62,853 bases of DNA from Anaerolineae bacterium (GTDB lineage Bacteria > Chloroflexota > Anaerolineae > S140-20). Positions 9,645-18,159 of this stretch are shown here, piece by piece. Location of the stretch: NCBI GenBank assembly GCA_027021705.1, contig JALUTT010000018.1, positions 1 to 62,853 on the forward strand, written 5' to 3'. The notes beneath the pieces are model-generated. The model was not told where the DNA came from and made no database searches. It was given only the letters and a program-made list of their open reading frames with translations. The translations under genes were made by a program, and so were the position numbers. Every line of letters begins with the position of its first letter. Position 1 is the first letter of the stretch.

Positions 9645-10946
9645 ATGAGGATTGCTTCCCATCGGGATGGGAAGAACTCGATCTCGAAGGGCTGCCGATG
9701 GTTGGGAGTATTGGTTGTCCTGGTGGGGGTTCTGGGGTTGTTCGGATGGGCGTGGCGCGTTGAGGCAAGTGCGCCGTTCAGCCCGGTTTCGGTGGAAGGG
9801 GGTGTAGCCTCGGGGTCGGATCCTGATACCAACTGCCTGATGTGTCACTCGGACCCCGATTTCAAAGGCACCTTTCGGAATGGGGAATTGATCTCTCTGT
9901 ACGTTGACAAAGGAGAATATGAGCAATCGGTTCACGGGCCGGCCGGCTTGGAGTGTCTGGCGTGTCACACGAGCATCAGCCGCTACCCCCACCACGAGGA
10001 GGAGCAGGTCACCTGTGTGGCGTGCCACGGAGAGGCGGTGAGCAAGGGAAACATCACGTATGCGACCTTGCGGGTGCAGCTCCCCTACGCCGACCGTCGG
10101 GAGATGACCCTGACCATCAATGAGGCCTGCCGTTCCTGCCACGAGCGAGAGTTTGAGGTGGCCGGCGACAGCGCCCACGTGAGGGTGCTGCGGGGGGGGA
10201 ATCGGGAGGCCCCTGTCTGTGTGGATTGTCACGGCAGCCACGACATCACGCCGCCCGAGGAGCCCCGGGCCAAGATCTCTCACACCTGTGGGAAGTGCCA
10301 TCGTGCGGTCTACTCGACCTACCGCACCAGCATCCACGGGTCGGCTCTGGACCAGGAGTCAAACCCGGATGTTCCTACCTGTGTGGACTGCCACGGGGTG
10401 CACAGTGTCCGGGGACCGCGTGATGCTGCTTTCCGCAACGATAGCATCGCCATCTGCGGCGAGTGTCACGCCAACAAGGCTCTGATGGACAAGTACGGGA
10501 TCTCCACCAGCGTTTTCCAGACCTATCTGGATGATTTCCACGGTCGTACGGTGGATCTCTTCCGCCGCCAGCACCTGGGTATTCCCAGCAACAAAGCGGT
10601 CTGCTTCGATTGCCACGGCATCCACAATATCCGCCGGGTGGATGATCCCTTGTCCACAGTCTATCCGACCAACCTTCAGCACACCTGTCAGCAGTGCCAT
10701 ACCGATGCCAACATCCGGTTCCCACGGGCGTGGCTTGGTCACTACATTCCCACGCTGGAGGAGACGCCGGCGTTGTACGTCGTCAACCTGGCCTATCGCA
10801 TCTTGATCCCTTTGGTGATCGGTGGCTTCCTCCTCTATATTGGTTTGGATGCTCGCCGGCGGTGGCTTGACAGGCGTCAGATGGTACGCCAGGCCCTCGC
10901 TGAAGTGGAACTCGATGAATATGACTTCACCAACGATTTCTCCTAA
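9645..10946 (+). CDS. Decaheme c-type cytochrome with C-terminal TM helix (CbcL cytochrome c domain-like)
   Basis: Signal peptide; 10 CxxCH (CLMCH, CLACH, CVACH, CRSCH, CVDCH, CGKCH, CVDCH, CGECH, CFDCH, CQQCH); C-terminal TM. Confidence 0.9.
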   Translation: MRIASHRDGKNSISKGCRWLGVLVVLVGVLGLFGWAWRVEASAPFSPVSVEGGVASGSDPDTNCLMCHSDPDFKGTFRNGELISLYVDKGEYEQSVHGPAGLECLACHTSISRYPHHEEEQVTCVACHGEAVSKGNITYATLRVQLPYADRREMTLTINEACRSCHEREFEVAGDSAHVRVLRGGNREAPVCVDCHGSHDITPPEEPRAKISHTCGKCHRAVYSTYRTSIHGSALDQESNPDVPTCVDCHGVHSVRGPRDAAFRNDSIAICGECHANKALMDKYGISTSVFQTYLDDFHGRTVDLFRRQHLGIPSNKAVCFDCHGIHNIRRVDDPLSTVYPTNLQHTCQQCHTDANIRFPRAWLGHYIPTLEETPALYVVNLAYRILIPLVIGGFLLYIGLDARRRWLDRRQMVRQALAEVELDEYDFTNDFS

Positions 10947-11832
10947 CGCAGGTCACGACTACGAGGAAGAGCTGGCCTCGATCGAGCAGATCAAGCGGAA
11001 GGCACGGGCTCGCAAGTTACGAGCCGCTCGATCCCTTGCGGCCCGGATGCAGATTATGCCGGATGGCTCGCGGGTCTTCATCCGCTTCAACCGGACGGAG
11101 CGCTTTGAGCATCAGGTTCTCATCGTGACATTCACCACCCTGGCCGTGACAGGGTTGCTTCAGCGCTACAGCCAGCACCTCGTTGTTGGCTGGATCATCA
11201 ACCTCCTGGGTGGGGTGGAGACGATGCGCACGCTTCATCACTTGGCGGCCTTCGTCTTCATCCTAGAAGCGGTGTACCACACCTGGCGGATTCTGGTGAT
11301 CTGGTTTGTCAAGCGAGAACGCGGTGCGATGTGGCCCTCGCTGCGCGATTTTCGGGACCTGGTGCATATGGTGAAGTTCAACCTGGGTCTGGTGGATCAC
11401 CGACCGGAGTTTGACCGCTTCACCGTCGAGGAGAAGCTGGAGTATTGGGCATTGCTGTGGGGGGCACCCCTGATGATCATCACCGGACTGATGATGTGGT
11501 TCCCGGTCACCGTGACCTCGGTGTTGCCCGGTGATGCAATCCCGGTGGCTCGGGCCTTGCACGGTTGGGAAGCGATTTTGGCTACCCTGTCCATCCTGAT
11601 CTGGCACATGTACCATACCGTCATCAAGGAGCGAAACAGGAGCATCTTCACGGGCATTATGACGGAAAGGGAGATGCAGCACGCGCATCCCTTGGAGTAC
11701 CGGCGCATCCTGGCAGCCTACGCCTATCTTCAGAAGGTCGCTGCAGAGGAGATGCCCACCGAGGAAGGTCCAACCCATCCCCAAAAGATCCTGGCAGGGA
11801 CCGGTTATGAAGCGACCCAGGGTGTTGGATGA
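10915..11832 (+). CDS. Cytochrome b subunit (FdnI/HydC family; CbcL b-domain-like)
   Basis: RFNRTERFEH, LHH, EKLEYW, ITGLMMW, LHGWEAILA, WHMY; four TM helices with His ligands. Confidence 0.88.
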   Translation: MNMTSPTISPNAGHDYEEELASIEQIKRKARARKLRAARSLAARMQIMPDGSRVFIRFNRTERFEHQVLIVTFTTLAVTGLLQRYSQHLVVGWIINLLGGVETMRTLHHLAAFVFILEAVYHTWRILVIWFVKRERGAMWPSLRDFRDLVHMVKFNLGLVDHRPEFDRFTVEEKLEYWALLWGAPLMIITGLMMWFPVTVTSVLPGDAIPVARALHGWEAILATLSILIWHMYHTVIKERNRSIFTGIMTEREMQHAHPLEYRRILAAYAYLQKVAAEEMPTEEGPTHPQKILAGTGYEATQGVG

Positions 11833-13402
11833 ACAGGCCATCGCTGTAGATGAACAGATCATTGTGGACGAGCAGGCCATCGAGGAGTATGGCGAGGCGG
11901 CTTCCGTCCTTGTCGAGCCCCGGCCATACCGGCGTAGGCTCCGATGGCCGAAGGTGGTCATTGACCTCAGCCGTCCCAAGCATCGGCTGAACCTGCTCAT
12001 AGCCCTTGGGGTTCTGCTCCTGGTGGGCCTTGTCTTCCTGTTCAGCGGATACCAAGTCTACACCTACACCGAAAGCGCCGAGTTCTGTGGCACGGTCTGC
12101 CATCCGATGAAGTCGGAGTTCGTCCGTTACGAGCGCTCCCCGCACGCCAATGTCGAGTGCGCCAAGTGCCACATCGGGCCGGGGGCTTCCTTCTTCGTCA
12201 GATCCAAGATTGACGGGCTGAAGCAGGTGGTGGCCGTCCTGGCAAACAGCTACAGCCGCCCTATCAAGAGCCCTGTCTACAACCTGCGTCCTGCCCGGGA
12301 GACGTGTGAGGAGTGCCATACACCCACCCTCTTCCGCGACAACATCATTAAGACGATCGTCCACTACGACAACGATGAGGCCAACACACCGGTCCAGTCC
12401 ACCCTCATCCTAAAGATGGGAGGATGGCGGGAGAGCACAGGGGTCAGCGAAGGCATCCACTGGCACATTACCAACCCGGTCTACTACATCGCTGCCGATG
12501 AACAGCGACAGGTAATCCTGTGGGTGGGCGTAGAGCAGGAAGATGGGACGCTGAAGGAGTTCTATGCCCGAGATATGCTCAATATGGCTTGGACCGAGTT
12601 TGTGGAGGAAGCGCGTGCCAGGGGAGAGATCCGCAAGATGGATTGTATAGACTGCCATAACCGCACCGCCCACTTCATCCCTCCGCCAGAGGTGGTTGTG
12701 GATGAGGCCATCAGCGTAGGGAAGATCTCCAGGAAACTGCCCTACATTCGGGCCAAAGCGGTTGAGGTGCTGTCGGTAGAGTACGCCAGCGAGGCCGAGG
12801 CCTATGCTGCCATAGAAGGGCTTCTAGACTTCTACCGGGTAGGGTACCCGGAAGTGTACACCAAGTATCGCGCTGAGCTGGATGCGGCCATCGAGGAGCT
12901 CAAGCGGATCTACAGCAGCACCAACTTCCCCGATATGCGGTTGAGTTGGCGGACCAACCCCAACAACGAACGCCACACGCCTTTCCTGGGATGCTTCCGC
13001 TGCCACGATGGCAAACACGTCAACGTGGACAAATCGGGGAATGAGGTGGAGGTTATCAGCGTTAAGTGCAATCTTTGCCACACCGTCCCCATTGTCGGGC
13101 GGGGCGACGATATGCTCGTAGAGGCCCCGGTCATCGTCGGGTCTGTACCGCCCTCCCATTCAGACTTCCGATGGACCATCGAACACCGTTCGGTGACCGA
13201 GGAGGAGAGGCAGGAGTGCTACCAGTGCCACGGACAGGGCTTCTGTAGCAACAGCGTGTGTCACAATCTCTCGCATCCTCCGGATATGCTCTTCACCCAT
13301 GCCGAGGAGTATCGCAAGACGGGGAATCAGGTCTGCTACACCTGTCACCAGGATATTCTGTGTAGCCGTTGCCATCCAGGCGGCATAGTGTCCAATCCTT
13401 AG
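11807..13402 (+). CDS. imcH: ImcH-like NapC/NirT family membrane multiheme cytochrome c
   Basis: TES..FCGTVCH, SPHA.VEC..CH.GPGA, NLRPARETCEECH, GIHWHI, MDCIDCHNR, GCFRCHDGKH match recalled Geobacter ImcH motifs; 8 CxxCH + CX3CH + CX4CH. Confidence 0.8.
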   Translation: MKRPRVLDEQAIAVDEQIIVDEQAIEEYGEAASVLVEPRPYRRRLRWPKVVIDLSRPKHRLNLLIALGVLLLVGLVFLFSGYQVYTYTESAEFCGTVCHPMKSEFVRYERSPHANVECAKCHIGPGASFFVRSKIDGLKQVVAVLANSYSRPIKSPVYNLRPARETCEECHTPTLFRDNIIKTIVHYDNDEANTPVQSTLILKMGGWRESTGVSEGIHWHITNPVYYIAADEQRQVILWVGVEQEDGTLKEFYARDMLNMAWTEFVEEARARGEIRKMDCIDCHNRTAHFIPPPEVVVDEAISVGKISRKLPYIRAKAVEVLSVEYASEAEAYAAIEGLLDFYRVGYPEVYTKYRAELDAAIEELKRIYSSTNFPDMRLSWRTNPNNERHTPFLGCFRCHDGKHVNVDKSGNEVEVISVKCNLCHTVPIVGRGDDMLVEAPVIVGSVPPSHSDFRWTIEHRSVTEEERQECYQCHGQGFCSNSVCHNLSHPPDMLFTHAEEYRKTGNQVCYTCHQDILCSRCHPGGIVSNP

Positions 13403-13425
13403 GGCTATAGGAGGCTTCCTGAAAT

Positions 13426-14388
13426 ATGCCTACGCTCAACGGGTCCACGCAGAAAGGCCGAAGCTTTAACACGCAAGAGATCCAGCGGGCCATCTGGATC
13501 GTGCTGACGGCTCTGATTGTCAGTGTCATACTCTTCGGCGGCTACTACTACTGGGATCGCTATGTTCGCCTGAAGGACAAGTCGCCGATGGAGATGGACA
13601 TCGAGCGGCTGGAGCAGGCGATCCGTGAAGATCCTCAGAATCCCGATGCCCGGGTCGCCCTGGCCGAGTATTACCTGCGCAGCGGGATGCCCCAGAAGGC
13701 CCTGGAGCAGGCGAATCAGGTGTTGAAGGTTTACCCGGAGCACGAGGGAGCGTTGCTCATCGCAGGGATTGCCTACGTTCGCCTCAACCAGCCCGAGGCT
13801 TCCCTGGCCCCCCTGGAGAAGTTCGTGGAACTGCGCAAGGATCGCCCGATGGCCGGTGTGGATACTGCCCTGGAGACGGCGTACTACTTCCTCGGCGAGA
13901 GCTACGTCAAGTTGAACCGGCCTGAGGATGCGATCCCTGTGCTGGAAGCAGCGCTGAAGATCACTCCGACGGATGCCGATGCGCTCTATCAGGCGGGTGT
14001 GGCTTATCAGGCTACCGGTGAGTTGGAGACGGCTCTGGAGCGCTATCATAGGGCTGTGCGCCTCGTCCCCGACTTCCTCGAGGCCTACCAAGGCATGGTC
14101 GAGAGCTATTCTGCCTTAAACCAGCCGGATTACGTGGTGTACGCTCAGGGGATGGAAGCTTTCTGTCGGAAGGATTATCAGACGGCTCAGGACTACCTGG
14201 AACAGGCCACCGAGGCGCTGCCAGACTTTGCCCCGGCCTTTCTGGGCCTGGGGTTGACCTATGAGCAGATGGGAGATTTAGAAGCCGCGCTGGCAGCCGT
14301 GGAGCGGGCCCTGGAGTTGCAGCCCAATGACTTCGCCATCCTGCAGGCGCGTGGTCGTATCCAAGCCGCACTGGACTCAAAGAAGTGA
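13426..14388 (+). CDS. Membrane-anchored TPR protein
   Basis: N-terminal TM helix followed by many TPR repeats (e.g. AYYFLGESY, ALYQAGVAY, AFLGLGLTY). Confidence 0.9.
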   Translation: MPTLNGSTQKGRSFNTQEIQRAIWIVLTALIVSVILFGGYYYWDRYVRLKDKSPMEMDIERLEQAIREDPQNPDARVALAEYYLRSGMPQKALEQANQVLKVYPEHEGALLIAGIAYVRLNQPEASLAPLEKFVELRKDRPMAGVDTALETAYYFLGESYVKLNRPEDAIPVLEAALKITPTDADALYQAGVAYQATGELETALERYHRAVRLVPDFLEAYQGMVESYSALNQPDYVVYAQGMEAFCRKDYQTAQDYLEQATEALPDFAPAFLGLGLTYEQMGDLEAALAAVERALELQPNDFAILQARGRIQAALDSKK

Positions 14389-14394
14389 GCGCAT

Positions 14395-15606
14395 ATGTCG
14401 AACATAGACGCCGGGAACCAGGTTTCTGAGCACGACCTCAGCCTTATCGAAGAAGAAGAGCGGGCGGAGAAACGACGCCGGTGGTTGCTCCTGCTGCTCT
14501 TGCTGCTGCTGACGTTGCTGGCTTGTGTGCTCTTGCTCTTCATCCGCTATCTGCGGCAGCCGGAGCCGTTGCCCGAGATGATCCCGCTGCCGGTGGACGT
14601 GAACTACCCGCCCCATTACTTGTTCTCGATCTACGGAGTGGACAAGCCGGTCGGTGTGGCCTACTCGCTGAGGAATGACCGCATCTATGTCGCGGAAACC
14701 GGCGGCAAACGTCTGGTGAAGATCTTCGACCGGGATGGCAACCCGCTGGGCTCCTTCGCGCCTCCACGCACGATGCCCGGCGAGCGGTCGCCGGTCTACC
14801 TGGCTGTTGACGGAGCCGGCCGTGTCTTCGTCACCGATCGCCTTCAGCACGCGATATTCGTATACGACGAGAACGGGACCTTTCTAGATACCATCCTGGG
14901 GCCGGACCTGACGCTGAGCGAATATGTGCTCAAGCACGTGAACAACCTGCGACCCGATGCCACCTTCGCCTACAACCAGTTCGAGCACGTGGTCTACTAC
15001 AAAAGCCCCGGAGAACCGGAGCGGACGTTGCCCACACCCGAGCCGGCGATGTGGGCTCCGCTGGGGATCCGATTCGATCGCACCGGTAGGCTGCTGTTCA
15101 CGGATGTGAGACAGGAACGCAATGCTGTGTACTTGATCTCGGCCGATGCCTTCTCGCCCTCCTCTTGGCGGAATTTCGATCCGCCTGTGATCTCCTTCGG
15201 TTCGACGGGGCAGGGAGATGGGCAGTTCCTCTTCCCCAACTCGGCGGTCGCCGATTCCCAGGGACGGATCTACGTCACCGATGGGAACAATGGCCGCATC
15301 TCTGTGTGGGATGAGAAGGGGCAGTTCCTGTTCCACTTCGGTGGAGGTTCTGGTGAAGGTGCGCTCAGCCTGCCTCGCGGTGCGGCCATAGACGAGCGGG
15401 ATCGGCTTTACGTGGTGGATGCTGTGGGGCAGAACGTGAAGGTCTACGATGTTTCGGGACCGGAGCCTGACTTCCTCTTCGCCTTCGGCGACTGGGGAAT
15501 GGGTGATGGGCAGTTCAACTATCCCAACGACATCGCTTTGGATCGCTACGGGCGATTGTACATCGCCGATCGAGAGAACAATCGTATCCAGGTTTGGTCT
15601 TACTAA
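14395..15606 (+). CDS. Membrane-anchored NHL-repeat beta-propeller protein
   Basis: Poly-Leu TM; GDGQFLFP..GRIYVTD, LPRGAAID..LYVVD, GDGQFNYPNDIA..LYIADRENNRIQ. Confidence 0.9.
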   Translation: MSNIDAGNQVSEHDLSLIEEEERAEKRRRWLLLLLLLLLTLLACVLLLFIRYLRQPEPLPEMIPLPVDVNYPPHYLFSIYGVDKPVGVAYSLRNDRIYVAETGGKRLVKIFDRDGNPLGSFAPPRTMPGERSPVYLAVDGAGRVFVTDRLQHAIFVYDENGTFLDTILGPDLTLSEYVLKHVNNLRPDATFAYNQFEHVVYYKSPGEPERTLPTPEPAMWAPLGIRFDRTGRLLFTDVRQERNAVYLISADAFSPSSWRNFDPPVISFGSTGQGDGQFLFPNSAVADSQGRIYVTDGNNGRISVWDEKGQFLFHFGGGSGEGALSLPRGAAIDERDRLYVVDAVGQNVKVYDVSGPEPDFLFAFGDWGMGDGQFNYPNDIALDRYGRLYIADRENNRIQVWSY

Positions 15607-15787
15607 GTCATATCGGTGTGCTAGCGCGAGCGGCTCCCCGATCATGGCCAACGATTGGATGGGGGTTCAACGGGCCACGAGCACACGCCGTAAAGAAAGG
15701 AGGTGGTAGGGGCAGAAGCACAGATTACGGACTTCATACCATCGGCCACACATTGTGAGAACAGTTTGGGAGATGGGAGGTAGAGAG

Positions 15788-16783
15788 ATGAGAAAACTGA
15801 TCCTAGCCACAGTCGTCGTCCTAGCCTTGGCTCTGACCATGGTTGGGTTGGCGTCTGCCAATGGCGGACCCCACGGCGGCTACACGGCGACCACCGATGC
15901 GTGCGCCGGCTGTCACCGGGCGCACACCGCCATCGGCCCCAGGCTGCTCGTCCGGTCCAGCACCTATGACCTGTGCATCTCCTGCCACGGGTCTGCGGGG
16001 GCGGGCGCCAACACCAACGTGGAGGACGGTTACTACCTGTCCAGCCGCGATGATCCGCCCGGTGGTGCGGATGGCAACGTGGGTGCGGCCAACACACCCG
16101 ACAACGCCCCGTTGCTGGGTGGCGGCTTCCAGTACTACCAGGGGATAACCGTCACCTCCTCGCACGATCCGACCGGGACGGTGCTCGCTGCCTGGGGTAA
16201 TGCGGTTGACCGAGGCACCACGGCCGACCTGTCGGAGGGCCTGAGCTGCGCCTCCTGCCACGATCCCCATGGCTCCCCCAACTACCGCATCATCAAGGCT
16301 ACGGTCAACGGTGTTGCGGTGTCGGTGGACCAGGTGGATGAGGGCGCGGCCAAGGACTACGATACCGAGCAGTGGGGCGCTGGCATGAGCAACATCTGCG
16401 CTGCCTGCCACGTGGCCTACCACGAGACAGGGGCCGACGTGGGCCACGACACCACCAACCAGGCCTACGGTGGCGGCTTCACCCACCGGGTGGATATGCC
16501 CTGGAACGGTGATGCGCTCACGGACCCGCTGATCGGTATGGGCACGAACAACCCCGAGACGGTTGGCTTCGGTGGCTACACCCTGCCGTTGGCCGAGAGC
16601 GGTACTGCCGACCGGGTGGTCTGCATGACCTGCCACCTGCCGCACGGCACATCGGCCCAGATGACCGGCTTCGCTGATCCGGCCTTCGACCCCAGCGGGC
16701 CGCAGGGTCCGATCCCGGCAGGCGATAGCTCGCTGCTGCGCCTGGATAACCGCGGTGTGTGTGAGGTCTGCCACCAGAAGTAG
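15788..16783 (+). CDS. OmcS-like hexaheme cytochrome c (putative nanowire subunit)
   Basis: Sec signal ending ASA; 6 CxxCH; PH..CAGCHRAH, GPRLL, GGGF, LSCASCHDPHG..YRI, GAGMS..CAACH, VCMTCH.PH, terminal CEVCHQK in OmcS order. Confidence 0.8.
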   Translation: MRKLILATVVVLALALTMVGLASANGGPHGGYTATTDACAGCHRAHTAIGPRLLVRSSTYDLCISCHGSAGAGANTNVEDGYYLSSRDDPPGGADGNVGAANTPDNAPLLGGGFQYYQGITVTSSHDPTGTVLAAWGNAVDRGTTADLSEGLSCASCHDPHGSPNYRIIKATVNGVAVSVDQVDEGAAKDYDTEQWGAGMSNICAACHVAYHETGADVGHDTTNQAYGGGFTHRVDMPWNGDALTDPLIGMGTNNPETVGFGGYTLPLAESGTADRVVCMTCHLPHGTSAQMTGFADPAFDPSGPQGPIPAGDSSLLRLDNRGVCEVCHQK

Positions 16784-16816
16784 GAGCACGGCATAGCCGC
16801 TCGACCTAACCTCTGC

Positions 16817-16851
16817 TTGTCCCCTCCCGCCTTCGGGCGGGAGGGGGACAA
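16817..16851 (+). terminator. Strong stem-loop after the first OmcS-like gene (terminator or 3' stabiliser)
   Basis: TTGTCCCCTCCCGCC-TTCG-GGCGGGAGGGGGACAA with cUUCGg tetraloop; no U-tract. Confidence 0.65.
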
Positions 16852-16869
16852 TCGGAGAAGGAGGTTAGT

Positions 16870-17928
16870 ATGAAACTCAGGATCGCCCTCGTCATCGGCT
16901 TGCTAGCGCTCCTTGCTCTGCCAACCGGCTTGGCCCTGGCTGACAATGGCCCCCACGGGGGGTATACGGCGACCACCGACGCCTGCGCCGGTTGTCACCG
17001 AGCGCACACCGCTCCTGCGGCCCGGCTGCTGTTGGATACCGTACCCAACCTCTGCTTCACCTGCCACGGCAGCACGGCCACCGGTGCAGATACCAACGTT
17101 GAGGATGGCATCTACGTGGATCGCGACTTCGAAGCCGAAGCGCCTGCCGAGGGCGACGTCAACCGGGGGTTGAAGGGTGGTGGCTTCGTCTATGCCTTGA
17201 TGGATACGGACTTCGACGGAGCAGCTACCAGCTCCCCTGTGACGTCTTCCCACCTGAACGATGGAAGCACCGGTACGGCCTGGGGTAACGGCAACATCGG
17301 CTCCGGACCTGGGGCGGCGAACTTCAGCCTGTCGTGCACTTCGTGCCACGACCCTCACGGTGGCGCCAGCACCACTGGCGGTGCAACCTACCGCCTGCTG
17401 CGGCCAATACCGATCAACTCAGGGGCAGCTATCGGCGTCAACGTCACCGATGAGACCGACAAGATCTACACGGTCGCTGACGCCAATAACAAGTACTTCG
17501 GAGAAGGCTACCCGTACACGCCTGGAGACACCTGGTCCTCGATGGACCAGCAGGAGCGGGAGATGTCCGACTGGTGTGCGCAGTGCCACACCCGCTATCT
17601 GGCCGATTCCGGCAGCGGGAGCACGAGCTCAGGCGATGACATCTTCATGTATCGCCACATGTCCGAGGGCACGCCCAGCGCCACCTGCAACGACTGCCAC
17701 ATTGACTACGGCTCTCCCCCCACCCTTCGGACTACCGTTGGCCCCGAGTGGCATCACAACGTAGAATGCATGACCTGCCACGTGGCCCACGGGACATCCG
17801 CAACGATGACGGGGTATGCCGCCTACGTCGAGTGGCCGGATGGGTCAACGACGCCCGATGGGGACGCTCGCAGCTCCCTGCTGCGCGGCGATGGCCGCGG
17901 GGTGTGCCAGCGCTGCCACGGCAAGTAG
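16870..17928 (+). CDS. OmcS-like heptaheme cytochrome c
   Basis: Signal peptide ending ALA; 7 CxxCH; MSDWCAQCH; paralog of 15788-16783; GGAGG RBS. Confidence 0.8.
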   Translation: MKLRIALVIGLLALLALPTGLALADNGPHGGYTATTDACAGCHRAHTAPAARLLLDTVPNLCFTCHGSTATGADTNVEDGIYVDRDFEAEAPAEGDVNRGLKGGGFVYALMDTDFDGAATSSPVTSSHLNDGSTGTAWGNGNIGSGPGAANFSLSCTSCHDPHGGASTTGGATYRLLRPIPINSGAAIGVNVTDETDKIYTVADANNKYFGEGYPYTPGDTWSSMDQQEREMSDWCAQCHTRYLADSGSGSTSSGDDIFMYRHMSEGTPSATCNDCHIDYGSPPTLRTTVGPEWHHNVECMTCHVAHGTSATMTGYAAYVEWPDGSTTPDGDARSSLLRGDGRGVCQRCHGK

Positions 17929-18096
17929 GCCGCTTGACGGTAGCCTTCCAGCGGGTATAGAACTGTCTACGGCGATGCTCGGGCCCGTTTCATCCATAGC
18001 TCTAGATGGTCTGAGAGATGATGAGGCGACGGAGCGGCACCAGATGCCCAGAGCGCTTCTGTAGATGGCGATGGGCGATGGGTCGCCCCACAGGCG

Positions 18097-18128
18097 TGGC
18101 GGGCCGGGCTGCCCATCCCGGCCCGCCA
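18097..18128. other. Intergenic GC-rich hairpin
   Basis: TGGCGGGCCGGG / CCCGGCCCGCCA 12 bp stem. Confidence 0.55.
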
Positions 18129-18159
18129 GAGGCCCGCCTTGGGTACAAGGAGTAGTCCC

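Noticed and set aside
15607..15787. GEMM-I cyclic dinucleotide riboswitch as found upstream of Geobacter omcS
   Set aside because: No GEMM consensus recognisable here or in 8635-9640
18064..18090. Fluoride riboswitch-like GGCGATGG..TCGCC
   Set aside because: Downstream conserved elements are missing and the gene context is wrong
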